Notes under the pieces: generated by a model
The model's input: the letters and a program-made list of their open reading frames with translations, nothing else
Told to the model about the DNA's origin: nothing
The model's database searches: none
Assembly (NCBI RefSeq): GCF_008084145.1
Contig: NZ_VSDO01000004.1
Span: forward strand, 300,202 to 324,201
Source of the DNA: Paenibacillus faecis
GTDB taxonomy: Bacteria; Bacillota; Bacilli; Paenibacillales; Paenibacillaceae
Length of the DNA: 24,000 nucleotides
Direction: 5' to 3'
Position numbers and translations under genes: made by a program
Part shown: piece after piece, positions 1 through 7,302 of the stretch
Layout of the letters: every line of letters starts with the position of its first letter
How positions within the stretch are numbered: position 1 is the stretch's first letter

Positions 1-326
1 CGAAATCATTCGTCGGGAGCGACGGGCTGCTTTTATTGGACAAATACAATATTAACAAGGCTTTTATGGCCGCAACGGGCGTCTCGATCACCAGCGGTCT
101 CACCAATTCCGACGTGTTGGAATACGAGATCAAGAAGCGGGTGGCCGAGAAGGCGAATCAGCTGATCCTGCTGGCGGACGCGTCCAAATTCGGCCGTTCC
201 ACCCTGCTGACCTACTCGCCGCTGGATAAGGTGGATGCGGTCATTACCTCGCCGGGAATCCCGATGGAGTATGCAACCTATTGCGAAGAACACGGCATTG
301 CCGTCCATATCGCCGAAGAAGAGTAG
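1..326 (+). CDS. DeoR/GlpR-family transcriptional regulator, C-terminal effector (DeoR-C) domain only; the 5' end lies outside the window
   Basis: The frame is open from nt 3 to TAG 324-326, so the TTG at 36 in the ORF track is internal. The translation ...[68 protein letters not shown]... is typical of the DeoR C-terminal sugar-phosphate-binding domain. Confidence 0.75.
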   Translation, partial: KSFVGSDGLLLLDKYNINKAFMAATGVSITSGLTNSDVLEYEIKKRVAEKANQLILLADASKFGRSTLLTYSPLDKVDAVITSPGIPMEYATYCEEHGIAVHIAEEE

Positions 327-358
327 AGCACAGAAATATTGAAGGAGGGCGGATTATT

Positions 359-748
359 ATGCCGTTATTGCGTTTTGATGTGATTAAAGGAAGAGATGAA
401 GCTGGTTTGCGCAAACTGCTGGACACGGCACATGAAGCGATGGTGGAGGCGTTTGGCGTTCCGGTCCGCGACCGCTACCAAATCGTTCACCAGCATGAAC
501 CTTACGAGCTGGTGATTGAGGATACGGGCCTCGGTTTTACCCGCAGCCGGGATGTGGTGCTCATCAGCATTGTCAGCAAGACCCGGACCGTGGAGCAGAA
601 ACAGAAGCTGTACGCGCTGTTGGCGCAGAGGCTTGAGGCGGAATGCGGCCTTTCTCCGCAGGACCTCATGATTTCGATCACCGAGAACGGAGAAGCCGAT
701 TGGAGCTTCGGGCTGGGAGAAGCCCAGTTTTTGACCGGCAAATTGTAG
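359..748 (+). CDS. Tautomerase-superfamily protein (4-oxalocrotonate tautomerase-like, about 129 aa, Pro-1 after Met removal)
   Basis: ATG 359 lies 9 nt after GAAGGAGGG (341-349). The N-terminus MPLLRFDV... has the catalytic Pro-1 signature. The longer ORF-track start at 281 overlaps the DeoR gene and has no RBS. Confidence 0.8.
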   Translation: MPLLRFDVIKGRDEAGLRKLLDTAHEAMVEAFGVPVRDRYQIVHQHEPYELVIEDTGLGFTRSRDVVLISIVSKTRTVEQKQKLYALLAQRLEAECGLSPQDLMISITENGEADWSFGLGEAQFLTGKL

Positions 749-768
749 ATTGGACTCACGAAAAAAAA

Positions 769-803
769 GTCCCCTCGACCCATAAGGTTGAGGGGGCTTT
801 TTG
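769..803. terminator. Bidirectional rho-independent terminator between convergent genes
   Basis: The stem CCCCTCGACC (771-780) pairs with GGTTGAGGGG (786-795) with one G-U. An A8 run lies on the left and T5 on the right, between the tautomerase stop (748) and the AraC stop (804). Confidence 0.6.
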
Positions 804-1709
804 CTACACTTGGACTTTGACCACCGGCGTACATAAAAAAGTCAGTTGCAATTCGGGAGGAACGCCGTGGTTTTGATACCATTCGTAATTGGGCCTGGAA
901 GGGTCCGCCCGCCAGCCGCTGTCCGGCAGCCATTCCTGCATCCAGCGGTCCCAGGTCGGGCCGATTTCCTCCGAGGAACCGAAGTGAACGGTTACGGCAT
1001 ACAACCCTTCGGGGATCGTGTATTCGTCCAATCCATACCGATTGTCGAAGTCGGGGCTTACGGCCATGGCGGCGTAAGACATTTTGTCCTCCACCGGTAT
1101 CGCGTCGGCATGATCCGGGAACACGGACATCATTTCCTTAGCCTGTGCGTATAGACCATGCTGTCCAAGAATTTGGTGGAATTGCTCCCACACCCGGGGC
1201 AAACCCCAGTAGTCCCCGACATTTCGCAGGCCGACGATGCGTTTTGGGGCAAAAGCGGTGATTTTCGTCTGCATGATATTCACTCCTTCGGGATTGAGGT
1301 AGAACCAATAGGCAGGTCGATGCTCACTGTAGTGCAGGCCCGCGGAGGAATGGAGAACGCCATTCCAAAACGGCAGCCTTCTCGCTTCGCTGGGCGTCAA
1401 GCCATAGATCCGCTTGAACGCCTTGGTGAACGCCTCCGGCGTCTCGTAGCCCGAGTCCAGCGCGATGGTCGTTACATCGGCCGAGGAGTGCCGCAGGAAG
1501 TGCATCGCCCTTTCCATCCGCAGCCGCTTCAGGCACGCGTGCACATTCTCCCCGGTAAGCTCGCGGAACTTCCGGTGAAAATGATAGGGCGAGGCATGGA
1601 CCTCCTGCGATATTTGGCGGAAATTCAGCGGTTCATCCAGCGCACCCATGATTCGGAGGATGGCTTCCTCCACTCTTCGGTGCCAGTCGATCTTCGTATT
1701 GGTTCTCAT
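804..1709 (-). CDS. AraC-family transcriptional regulator with C-terminal GyrI-like effector-binding domain
   Basis: The N-terminal AraC HTH region reads ...ISQEVHASPYHFHRKFRELTGENVHACLKRLRMERAMHFL...GYETPEAFTKAFKRIYGLTPSEARR. The C-terminal half is GyrI-like (...GLRNVGDYW...YAVTVHFGSSEEIGPTWDRWMQEWLP). The ATG at 1709 (MRTNTK) follows GAGAGGTG; the alternative start is at 1721. Confidence 0.85.
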   Translation of the reverse strand: MRTNTKIDWHRRVEEAILRIMGALDEPLNFRQISQEVHASPYHFHRKFRELTGENVHACLKRLRMERAMHFLRHSSADVTTIALDSGYETPEAFTKAFKRIYGLTPSEARRLPFWNGVLHSSAGLHYSEHRPAYWFYLNPEGVNIMQTKITAFAPKRIVGLRNVGDYWGLPRVWEQFHQILGQHGLYAQAKEMMSVFPDHADAIPVEDKMSYAAMAVSPDFDNRYGLDEYTIPEGLYAVTVHFGSSEEIGPTWDRWMQEWLPDSGWRADPSRPNYEWYQNHGVPPELQLTFLCTPVVKVQV

Positions 1710-1785
1710 AACACCTCTCATGATAATCCTAAAGGGAGAGTTTGACCTGTCCGCGGTTGCGGATTTGTGTAGCAGCTCGTTTTTT

Positions 1786-1980
1786 CAAATTAACGGGAAA
1801 ACCTCCCGTTAATTTGGTGCCTATGTGGCTGCAGAGGTGAATTACCTGGAAAATCTCCCGCTAATTTGTCCGAAATGGCCCATTTCTTAGGCCGAGGCGC
1901 GAATTAGATGGAGTTTTTCCAGTTAATCGGACTCAAGGGTCAAGAGCGGCAAGTTTAACGGGAGTTTTTCCCGTTAAATT
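1786..1980 (+). repeat. Repeat family 1, copy A: about 195-bp array of four palindromic modules (TTAACGGGA-N4-6-TCCCGTTAA and variants)
   Basis: Modules are at about 1790-1813, 1841-1866, 1903-1927 and 1954-1977. The copy aligns end to end with 3548-3745 (same orientation) and with the reverse complement of 17592-17786. Confidence 0.85.
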
Positions 1981-2132
1981 CTACATATCGGCAAAGCTCT
2001 CCTTCCTCTGATAGGTATGGCATTGAAACTTCGTTTTCCAACGCGCAAATAGTAGAATAGAATAGAATAAGTTGGAACTTGTAACACATAGTCAAGCAGG
2101 AACAAATAGTATTAACGAGAGGATGTAATATA

Positions 2133-3518
2133 GTGCCAGCCCCGAATGCGCAAATTTCTCCCAGACTGATTTCATTATTAACGGATCGACCTTTATCGGA
2201 TATCCCCGAAAGTCCGTCTGCGTCTCATCTTCCGGGAGCCCTGACCAAGCTCATCAATAGAAACCGGAAGAAGTTTGAAGCCTACTCCGAGCCCAACAAG
2301 CAAACTCTGATTTGCGGCCACTGCGGCAGACAAGGCCAGTATGATCTTGGACAGATCTTGTTTGATCCAGAACAACAGGGGCGGGATGCCGAGGAATCTA
2401 TAACGGCCGACTCAGCGGCGAACGATGGAGATATGTTCAAACATTTTCAAGCAACGGGCTACTTTCGCTGCAAGCATTGTAATGGTGCGGGGAACTGGGC
2501 TGTAAAGAACCCGCTTTTTCTTATGGTTTACCTGCTAAAGATGAATGCCGACCCCATGGAAGAGCAGGCGAATTTTAGGATAGGAAAAACGGCCCTTCAC
2601 GACGGAACCTCTTTTCAATGGGTGACCGATGCGGAAGAGCATCTGCTCGATTTGCTCGCGGACCCGGACCCTGAGCAGGCCGGATTCCTGTGGAACCGCT
2701 TAGGCAACCTGTATAAACAAGGGAAAAGACCGGAGCTGGCGGCCGCGGCCTTCGAAAAATCCCTTCAAGCCGATCCGGCTCAAGCCGAATCCCACTTCAG
2801 TCTGGGACTGCTGTTGGATCAAATTCGTGAAAACGAGAAAGCGGCCTACCACTATAAGAAGCATTTGATCAGCGCCAAATATGATCGAAGAATGGATATC
2901 CTCGATTTAAGGCAGATGATGGCTGCGGCACTGCGGGCCCTGACCGGTATCCATCTGCGAACCGATGGCGGCATTGAAATCATGCCGACAAAGGAGGATG
3001 TCACTGTTTTGGACCCGTATGGAGAGACAGCAGCGGGTTTCGGTTTGGCGGAAGATAATGGCGAGTCGTTGCCTGAGCATTTGGAAATGGATTTCGATCT
3101 TATTCCGGATCAGTTGGAATCCTTTTATCCGGTAGCTGAAATGTACTTGGGGAACAGGAGGGAGGAGATACCGGAAAAGTATCGGACTTTTGACGCGATG
3201 ATCGCCAAAACACGAAAAGAGGCTGAGGCCCAGCCGGAGAGCAGGTCAGCGGCACGTCAGGCCAAATCCGGTAGAACAGTCATCGTAACCGTTAAATCGG
3301 AAGAACAGGCCGCTAAAATCTCCCGAATTTGCGAAAAATACGATTTGGAGTGTATCATAGGGATCGAATTTTTCGAGGATTTAAGCGATTTACGAAAGGC
3401 GTTGACCGAAAAGCTGTCTCCGTCCAATATTTATGAACCTTGTCCCTGCAACAGCGGCAAGAAGTTCAAATTCTGCTGCGCAGCCAAGCTGAAAAAGTTT
3501 GATTTGGACGAGTTTTGA
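2133..3518 (+). CDS. Hypothetical protein with N-terminal CxxC...CxxC zinc ribbon, central TPR-like repeats and a C-terminal SEC-C metal-binding motif
   Basis: GTG 2133 lies 8 nt after GAGAGGA. The translation contains CGHCGRQ...CKHCNG, the TPR-like stretch FLWNRLGNLYKQGKRPELAAAAFEKSLQADPAQAESHFSLGLLL, and the C-terminal CPCNSGKKFKFCC (SEC-C motif). Confidence 0.7.
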   Translation: MPAPNAQISPRLISLLTDRPLSDIPESPSASHLPGALTKLINRNRKKFEAYSEPNKQTLICGHCGRQGQYDLGQILFDPEQQGRDAEESITADSAANDGDMFKHFQATGYFRCKHCNGAGNWAVKNPLFLMVYLLKMNADPMEEQANFRIGKTALHDGTSFQWVTDAEEHLLDLLADPDPEQAGFLWNRLGNLYKQGKRPELAAAAFEKSLQADPAQAESHFSLGLLLDQIRENEKAAYHYKKHLISAKYDRRMDILDLRQMMAAALRALTGIHLRTDGGIEIMPTKEDVTVLDPYGETAAGFGLAEDNGESLPEHLEMDFDLIPDQLESFYPVAEMYLGNRREEIPEKYRTFDAMIAKTRKEAEAQPESRSAARQAKSGRTVIVTVKSEEQAAKISRICEKYDLECIIGIEFFEDLSDLRKALTEKLSPSNIYEPCPCNSGKKFKFCCAAKLKKFDLDEF

Positions 3519-3547
3519 AGAAAGTAGCCAGGGACACACGGCTTTTT

Positions 3548-3745
3548 GATCAGATTAACGGGAATTGTTCCCGTTAATCTGATGCCTATGCGGCCGCAGA
3601 GGCAAATTACCTGGAAAACCTCCCGTTAATTCGCCGGAAACCATGTGTATCGGTGTTTGGGCCGTAAATTAGATGGAGTTTTTCCAGTTAAATCGGAATC
3701 AAGGGCCAGGAGTGGAAAATTAACGGGAGGTTTTCCCGTTATTTA
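3548..3745 (+). repeat. Repeat family 1, copy B (same orientation as copy A)
   Basis: GATCAGATTAACGGGAATTGTTCCCGTTAATCTGATG ... AAAATTAACGGGAGGTTTTCCCGTTATTTAAC is collinear with copy A at roughly 80 percent identity by eye. Confidence 0.85.
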
Positions 3746-3840
3746 ACTGGAAACTGGTTAAGTATGAAAATGAAAATGAAAATAGTGCAGATTTCAGTTG
3801 TAACTTAAGGCGTTTATGTTAAGAAAACAGGAGGGCTACC

Positions 3841-5073
3841 ATGCCGGAACATCCGCAATTCAAGGAATTTAAGGAGCAGCTCAAGGCGTTGATTCGCCGC
3901 CATTCGGACCGGGGCTTCTTGCCTTACGGCGGCAGTAATCGGGTCGGTGCGGAAATGGTGGCGATCCTGGAACAAGCCGAAGCTATGGACGACCCCGTCC
4001 TGGCTTTTGATATCGAGATTATGTTGGTTAAGGAAGGAATCAAACTTCTTTCCCACGCCGATGATTCATCAGGGTCCCTGGGAGAAGCGATCCGTTTCAG
4101 CAGCCAAGCGCTTGCCGCCCTATGCGAGACGGCGGATGAAGCTAACCGGAAATACTTTTTCGAAACCCTTCTCAAGACTGCCAAACTTCAGGGAATGAGG
4201 GATTGGGCCGATTTTGGCTTTCGTCTGTTAAAAGCCGCGGTCGTGTTGGTTCGCGATGAAAAGCAGGCGCAAAAAGTCTACGAGGTGTGCGGAAGTTTCG
4301 GGACAACGTTTAGCGGCTCCAAATACCCGGATGAGCATTTGATCACTTATCAGATTGTGGAGCGGCTTGAGGGACCGGAGGCGTCAGACCGGTACCTGAT
4401 GAAGAATCTGGAAGTGTTCGAGGTCAGGGAACTGGCCGTCAACAAGGCGTTGGAAAGAAAAGACTATGCGTTGGCCGAGCAACTATGCGTTCAGGCGATG
4501 TCCCAAAGAAAAGAGTGGGGTGACCGCAACCTCAAATGGGCCCAATTCCTGGAGTCGATCTATACGGAAACCAACGACTCAGAGAAGCTGGAGGAGGTTG
4601 TTCATTACATCCTGCTCCTTGGCAAAACATTGTATTACCCGAAGCTTAAGCTGCTTTATGAAGCGAAGGGGATTTGGGAGCAAAAACGGGAGCCGCTGCT
4701 GCAAGAGCTTTCCACACAGCTTATGTCTCAGGATTACGCCTCCCTGCTGAATCAGGCCGGAGAGTTTGAGAAGTTGCTGGACCTTCTCCGTGAGCGCAAG
4801 TATCTAATTCAGTACTACGGGAAGCGGGTAGCCAAGGATTTTCCGGAAGAGACTTATCTTCTGTATGAGGCGTTTATTTTGGATCAAGCGAAGGAGGCGA
4901 CGGAGCGAAGAAGGTACAGGGAAACCTGCAAGCTTCTCCAAGAATACTTTGAGGCGGGTGCCCGGGAGGAGAGTCTGCGGTTGCTGGACCGGTTGAGTGA
5001 GATGTATCCGCGGCGCCCGGCCATGCAGGACGAACTGGACAAGCTCAAGAAGAAGCTGGAGAAGCGGAAATAG
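3841..5073 (+). CDS. Hypothetical all-alpha (repeat or TPR-like) protein, 410 aa
   Basis: ATG 3841 follows AACAGGAGGG. The ORF is long and uninterrupted with a K/E-rich helical composition. I could not recognise a catalytic motif or family. Confidence 0.65.
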   Translation: MPEHPQFKEFKEQLKALIRRHSDRGFLPYGGSNRVGAEMVAILEQAEAMDDPVLAFDIEIMLVKEGIKLLSHADDSSGSLGEAIRFSSQALAALCETADEANRKYFFETLLKTAKLQGMRDWADFGFRLLKAAVVLVRDEKQAQKVYEVCGSFGTTFSGSKYPDEHLITYQIVERLEGPEASDRYLMKNLEVFEVRELAVNKALERKDYALAEQLCVQAMSQRKEWGDRNLKWAQFLESIYTETNDSEKLEEVVHYILLLGKTLYYPKLKLLYEAKGIWEQKREPLLQELSTQLMSQDYASLLNQAGEFEKLLDLLRERKYLIQYYGKRVAKDFPEETYLLYEAFILDQAKEATERRRYRETCKLLQEYFEAGAREESLRLLDRLSEMYPRRPAMQDELDKLKKKLEKRK

Positions 5074-5108
5074 CGGAGATCCTTTCCTTCAAGCACAAGG
5101 ATCTCCGC
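5074..5108. terminator. Hairpin between convergent genes (possible bidirectional terminator)
   Basis: GCGGAGATCC (5074-5083) pairs with GGATCTCCGC (5099-5108), a perfect 10-bp stem with a 15-nt loop. The T-tract is weak or distant, so confidence is moderate only. Confidence 0.45.
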
Positions 5109-5121
5109 GCCGCTCTCGTTT

Positions 5122-5958
5122 TTACGAGGACAACTCCACCTCATCGGCATTGGGACTAACCTCGTCCCCGTACCGCTCCAACGCTTTGGTGGACGCCTCC
5201 AGCATTCTCCGCTTCAAGTAGTCGCCCTCCAGAATCCGCACCCGTTTGCCGAGAAAACGGATTTTGGACAGGAGATACTCCACCTCGTCCCCCAGAACGC
5301 AGACGCGGAGGCGATAGGTGCCTTGCTCTTCATCGTATTCGACGGTTTTCTCGAAGCAGGAAAAAGCGTACAAAATGCGCGACAACTCTTTGTGGTATTC
5401 CCGGACCACCTCCAGGACGGTTTCCGTCTTTCGCGAGTCCAGCGTCCGGGCGATTTCCTCATAGACCTGGTCGGCGGCGGCCGGGTCCAGCGGTTCGGGG
5501 GCGATGGAGATCAATTTGCTCAGCCGGGTGCTCATGAGGGCATGGCGGCGCAGATCGTACCAGAGCAGATACCACTCCCTTTTGACCATGGAATATTCCA
5601 GCTTGTAAGCAAGCCCCGAACGATCGGGCTGTACCCGGCCGCGCTTGACCTGGAACGAGATCCGGATGCCGCTCCGCTCGACGATATGTCGGCGAAGGAT
5701 GCGCAGCAGCGGATGATAGACCTGTTTCTCCGCGCTTTTCGCCTTTTCGGTCAGATAATCGGAGGTGCTCAGCTCCTCTATGCTTTGCAGCAGCCCCTGC
5801 AGCTTTTGCCGGGTTTCCGGGGTAAAGGCCTCTTCGGCCGCCGGATGCTTCAGCATTTTTTTCAGCCAGGCCCGTTCGTGCGCGGTGACCATAAACGTGC
5901 CGGAATCGTCCAGACGGGAGATGACCTGGTAGTTAAAAATTTTCTCAAACGGATTCAT
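5122..5958 (-). CDS. WYL-domain protein (279 aa) without an obvious N-terminal HTH
   Basis: The WYL core reads ...LAYKLEYSMVKREWYLLWYDLRRHALMSTRLSKLISI. The C-terminal WCX-like region reads ...LLSKIRFLGKRVRILEGDYLKRRM. The ATG at 5958 (MNPFEK) follows GGAGAT and overlaps the upstream gene by 14 nt; the ORF-track start at 5988 lies inside the upstream gene. Confidence 0.75.
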   Translation of the reverse strand: MNPFEKIFNYQVISRLDDSGTFMVTAHERAWLKKMLKHPAAEEAFTPETRQKLQGLLQSIEELSTSDYLTEKAKSAEKQVYHPLLRILRRHIVERSGIRISFQVKRGRVQPDRSGLAYKLEYSMVKREWYLLWYDLRRHALMSTRLSKLISIAPEPLDPAAADQVYEEIARTLDSRKTETVLEVVREYHKELSRILYAFSCFEKTVEYDEEQGTYRLRVCVLGDEVEYLLSKIRFLGKRVRILEGDYLKRRMLEASTKALERYGDEVSPNADEVELSS

Positions 5959-7264
5959 AATAGGCCTGAATCTCCTTCCACTCGGCAATCATTTCGCGGC
6001 GAAAATAAAGCGGTTCGAGCACCTCGCAGCTGGAGCCGAAACTCCGAAGCCACGGCTTGATTTCGGTTGTGCCGTTAACCTTGATCTCGTAGATGAAGCT
6101 CTCCTCTTCCTCGGCGACGATTTGCCCCCATTGACCTTGCAGCAGGACGCGCTCCCTGACAAAGTTGGGTTCGAAATGACCGGGATTGAAAAAGCGGGCC
6201 CGCACCGTAACCGGCCGTCCGGTATCGAGCAGCCAGCTGTACCTCATCCTCTCCTCCAGTGCGGCCGCTTTCTCCGCAAATACCTGCTCGGCCACCGGGT
6301 CCTCCTCCTCGAGCTGGGTCATCCCTTCCATCCGGTATTTGCGGATGCCCTCTCTGCCGGAGGCGAGCAAATACCAGCGCCCGTATTGGTGATCGTAAAC
6401 GACCTTCAGGGGGAGGGTCTTCTCCAATTTCCCTTCCGATTCCCGTTCGAACAAGGGATTCGTATTTTGCGCGGCGTAACTTTTGTCGGCTTTGGGCGAA
6501 AAATACAAAAACCGCACCCGCCGCCGGTGCCGGATCGCGTCCAGAAGCGTGAACAAATGCGCCTCATCCAGAATCCGCGAATAATAGTGGTATTTATACA
6601 AAAAATGGTCCAGCGCCAGTGGCTCGGCCTGGTTTCGCAGCAGGTGCTTCTTTAGGCCGTCGCGGAGAAGATATCCCTGAACGGAGGGGATCTGCGTATT
6701 GGCCATCACATCCACGAAGTCGTACAGGTCGTAAAGCTCCTCTTCCGTCAATTCCCGCACCAGGTCGTTGTCCAACCGGTAGCGGTAGGGGCGGGAGGCG
6801 GACTCCTTGCGGATGACACCGACCTCTTCCAAATATTTCAGATCCGACCGAATCGTCTTCTCGTCGGGGAGCGGGATGTCGGCGGGGAGGCTGCCGCAGC
6901 AGTAGTCCATCAGCTCCATCGCCGTCAGCGCCTGGTCGTTCAGCGCGGCCAGAAGGAGCGAGTAGCGCACCGATTCCGATCCCTTCAGCGATTTCGCGCG
7001 GAACAGAAAGAGCAGCATCGGGTCGGCCGACTCGTAGTAATTAAAGCGGATCGCCTCCGCGAATTCCTTGCTCTGCTCCTGCGGCAGCTGCTGATACATC
7101 GTGCCGACGATATCCTTCAGCCGGCGCAGCGTCTTGTCGAACGTATGGACGGAGATACCGAGACGTTCGGCGAATTGCTGCCTGCTGTAGGCCCCGCTGG
7201 TCAGCACGAGCATCCGCAGAAACTGGATTTCCTTATCGAAGCTTTCTTTTGCCACCTCAACCAC
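5945..7264 (-). CDS. HTH-WYL-WCX transcriptional regulator (PafB/PafC, BrxR, CapW-type architecture), 439 aa
   Basis: The N-terminal HTH reads YSRQQFAERLGISVHTFDKTLRRLKDIV. A second winged-helix-like segment reads LTAMELMDYC...IRSDLKYLEEVGVIRKE. The WYL core reads VVYDHQYGRWYLLASGREGIRKYRMEGM. The C-terminal WCX reads IKPWLRSFGSSCEVLEPLYFRREM. The start is GTG 7264 or GTG 7255. Confidence 0.8.
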   Translation of the reverse strand: MVEVAKESFDKEIQFLRMLVLTSGAYSRQQFAERLGISVHTFDKTLRRLKDIVGTMYQQLPQEQSKEFAEAIRFNYYESADPMLLFLFRAKSLKGSESVRYSLLLAALNDQALTAMELMDYCCGSLPADIPLPDEKTIRSDLKYLEEVGVIRKESASRPYRYRLDNDLVRELTEEELYDLYDFVDVMANTQIPSVQGYLLRDGLKKHLLRNQAEPLALDHFLYKYHYYSRILDEAHLFTLLDAIRHRRRVRFLYFSPKADKSYAAQNTNPLFERESEGKLEKTLPLKVVYDHQYGRWYLLASGREGIRKYRMEGMTQLEEEDPVAEQVFAEKAAALEERMRYSWLLDTGRPVTVRARFFNPGHFEPNFVRERVLLQGQWGQIVAEEEESFIYEIKVNGTTEIKPWLRSFGSSCEVLEPLYFRREMIAEWKEIQAYYESV

Positions 7265-7273
7265 CTGTTTCCT

Positions 7274-7287
7274 GATTATGTATAATC
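7274..7287. promoter_or_regulatory. Perfect palindrome GATTAT-GT-ATAATC in the 38-nt gap upstream of the HTH-WYL gene (candidate operator or internal promoter)
   Basis: It is the only symmetric element between the VWA stop (7303) and the WYL start (7264). It contains TGTATAAT on the + strand and CATAAT on the - strand. The function is inferred only. Confidence 0.25.
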
Positions 7288-7302
7288 CTATTTTAACAGG
7301 CG

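Noticed and set aside
1158-1745. 195-aa + strand ORF
   Set aside because: It is antisense to the AraC/GyrI regulator gene, with no RBS or motif.
1786-1980. Possible CRISPR array suggested by regularly spaced palindromic repeats (also 3548-3745 and 17592-17786)
   Set aside because: There are only four modules per array, and the modules differ from one another. The 'spacers' are conserved between copies, and the whole array recurs as a unit. No cas genes are present. This behaves as a dispersed composite repeat, not a CRISPR array.
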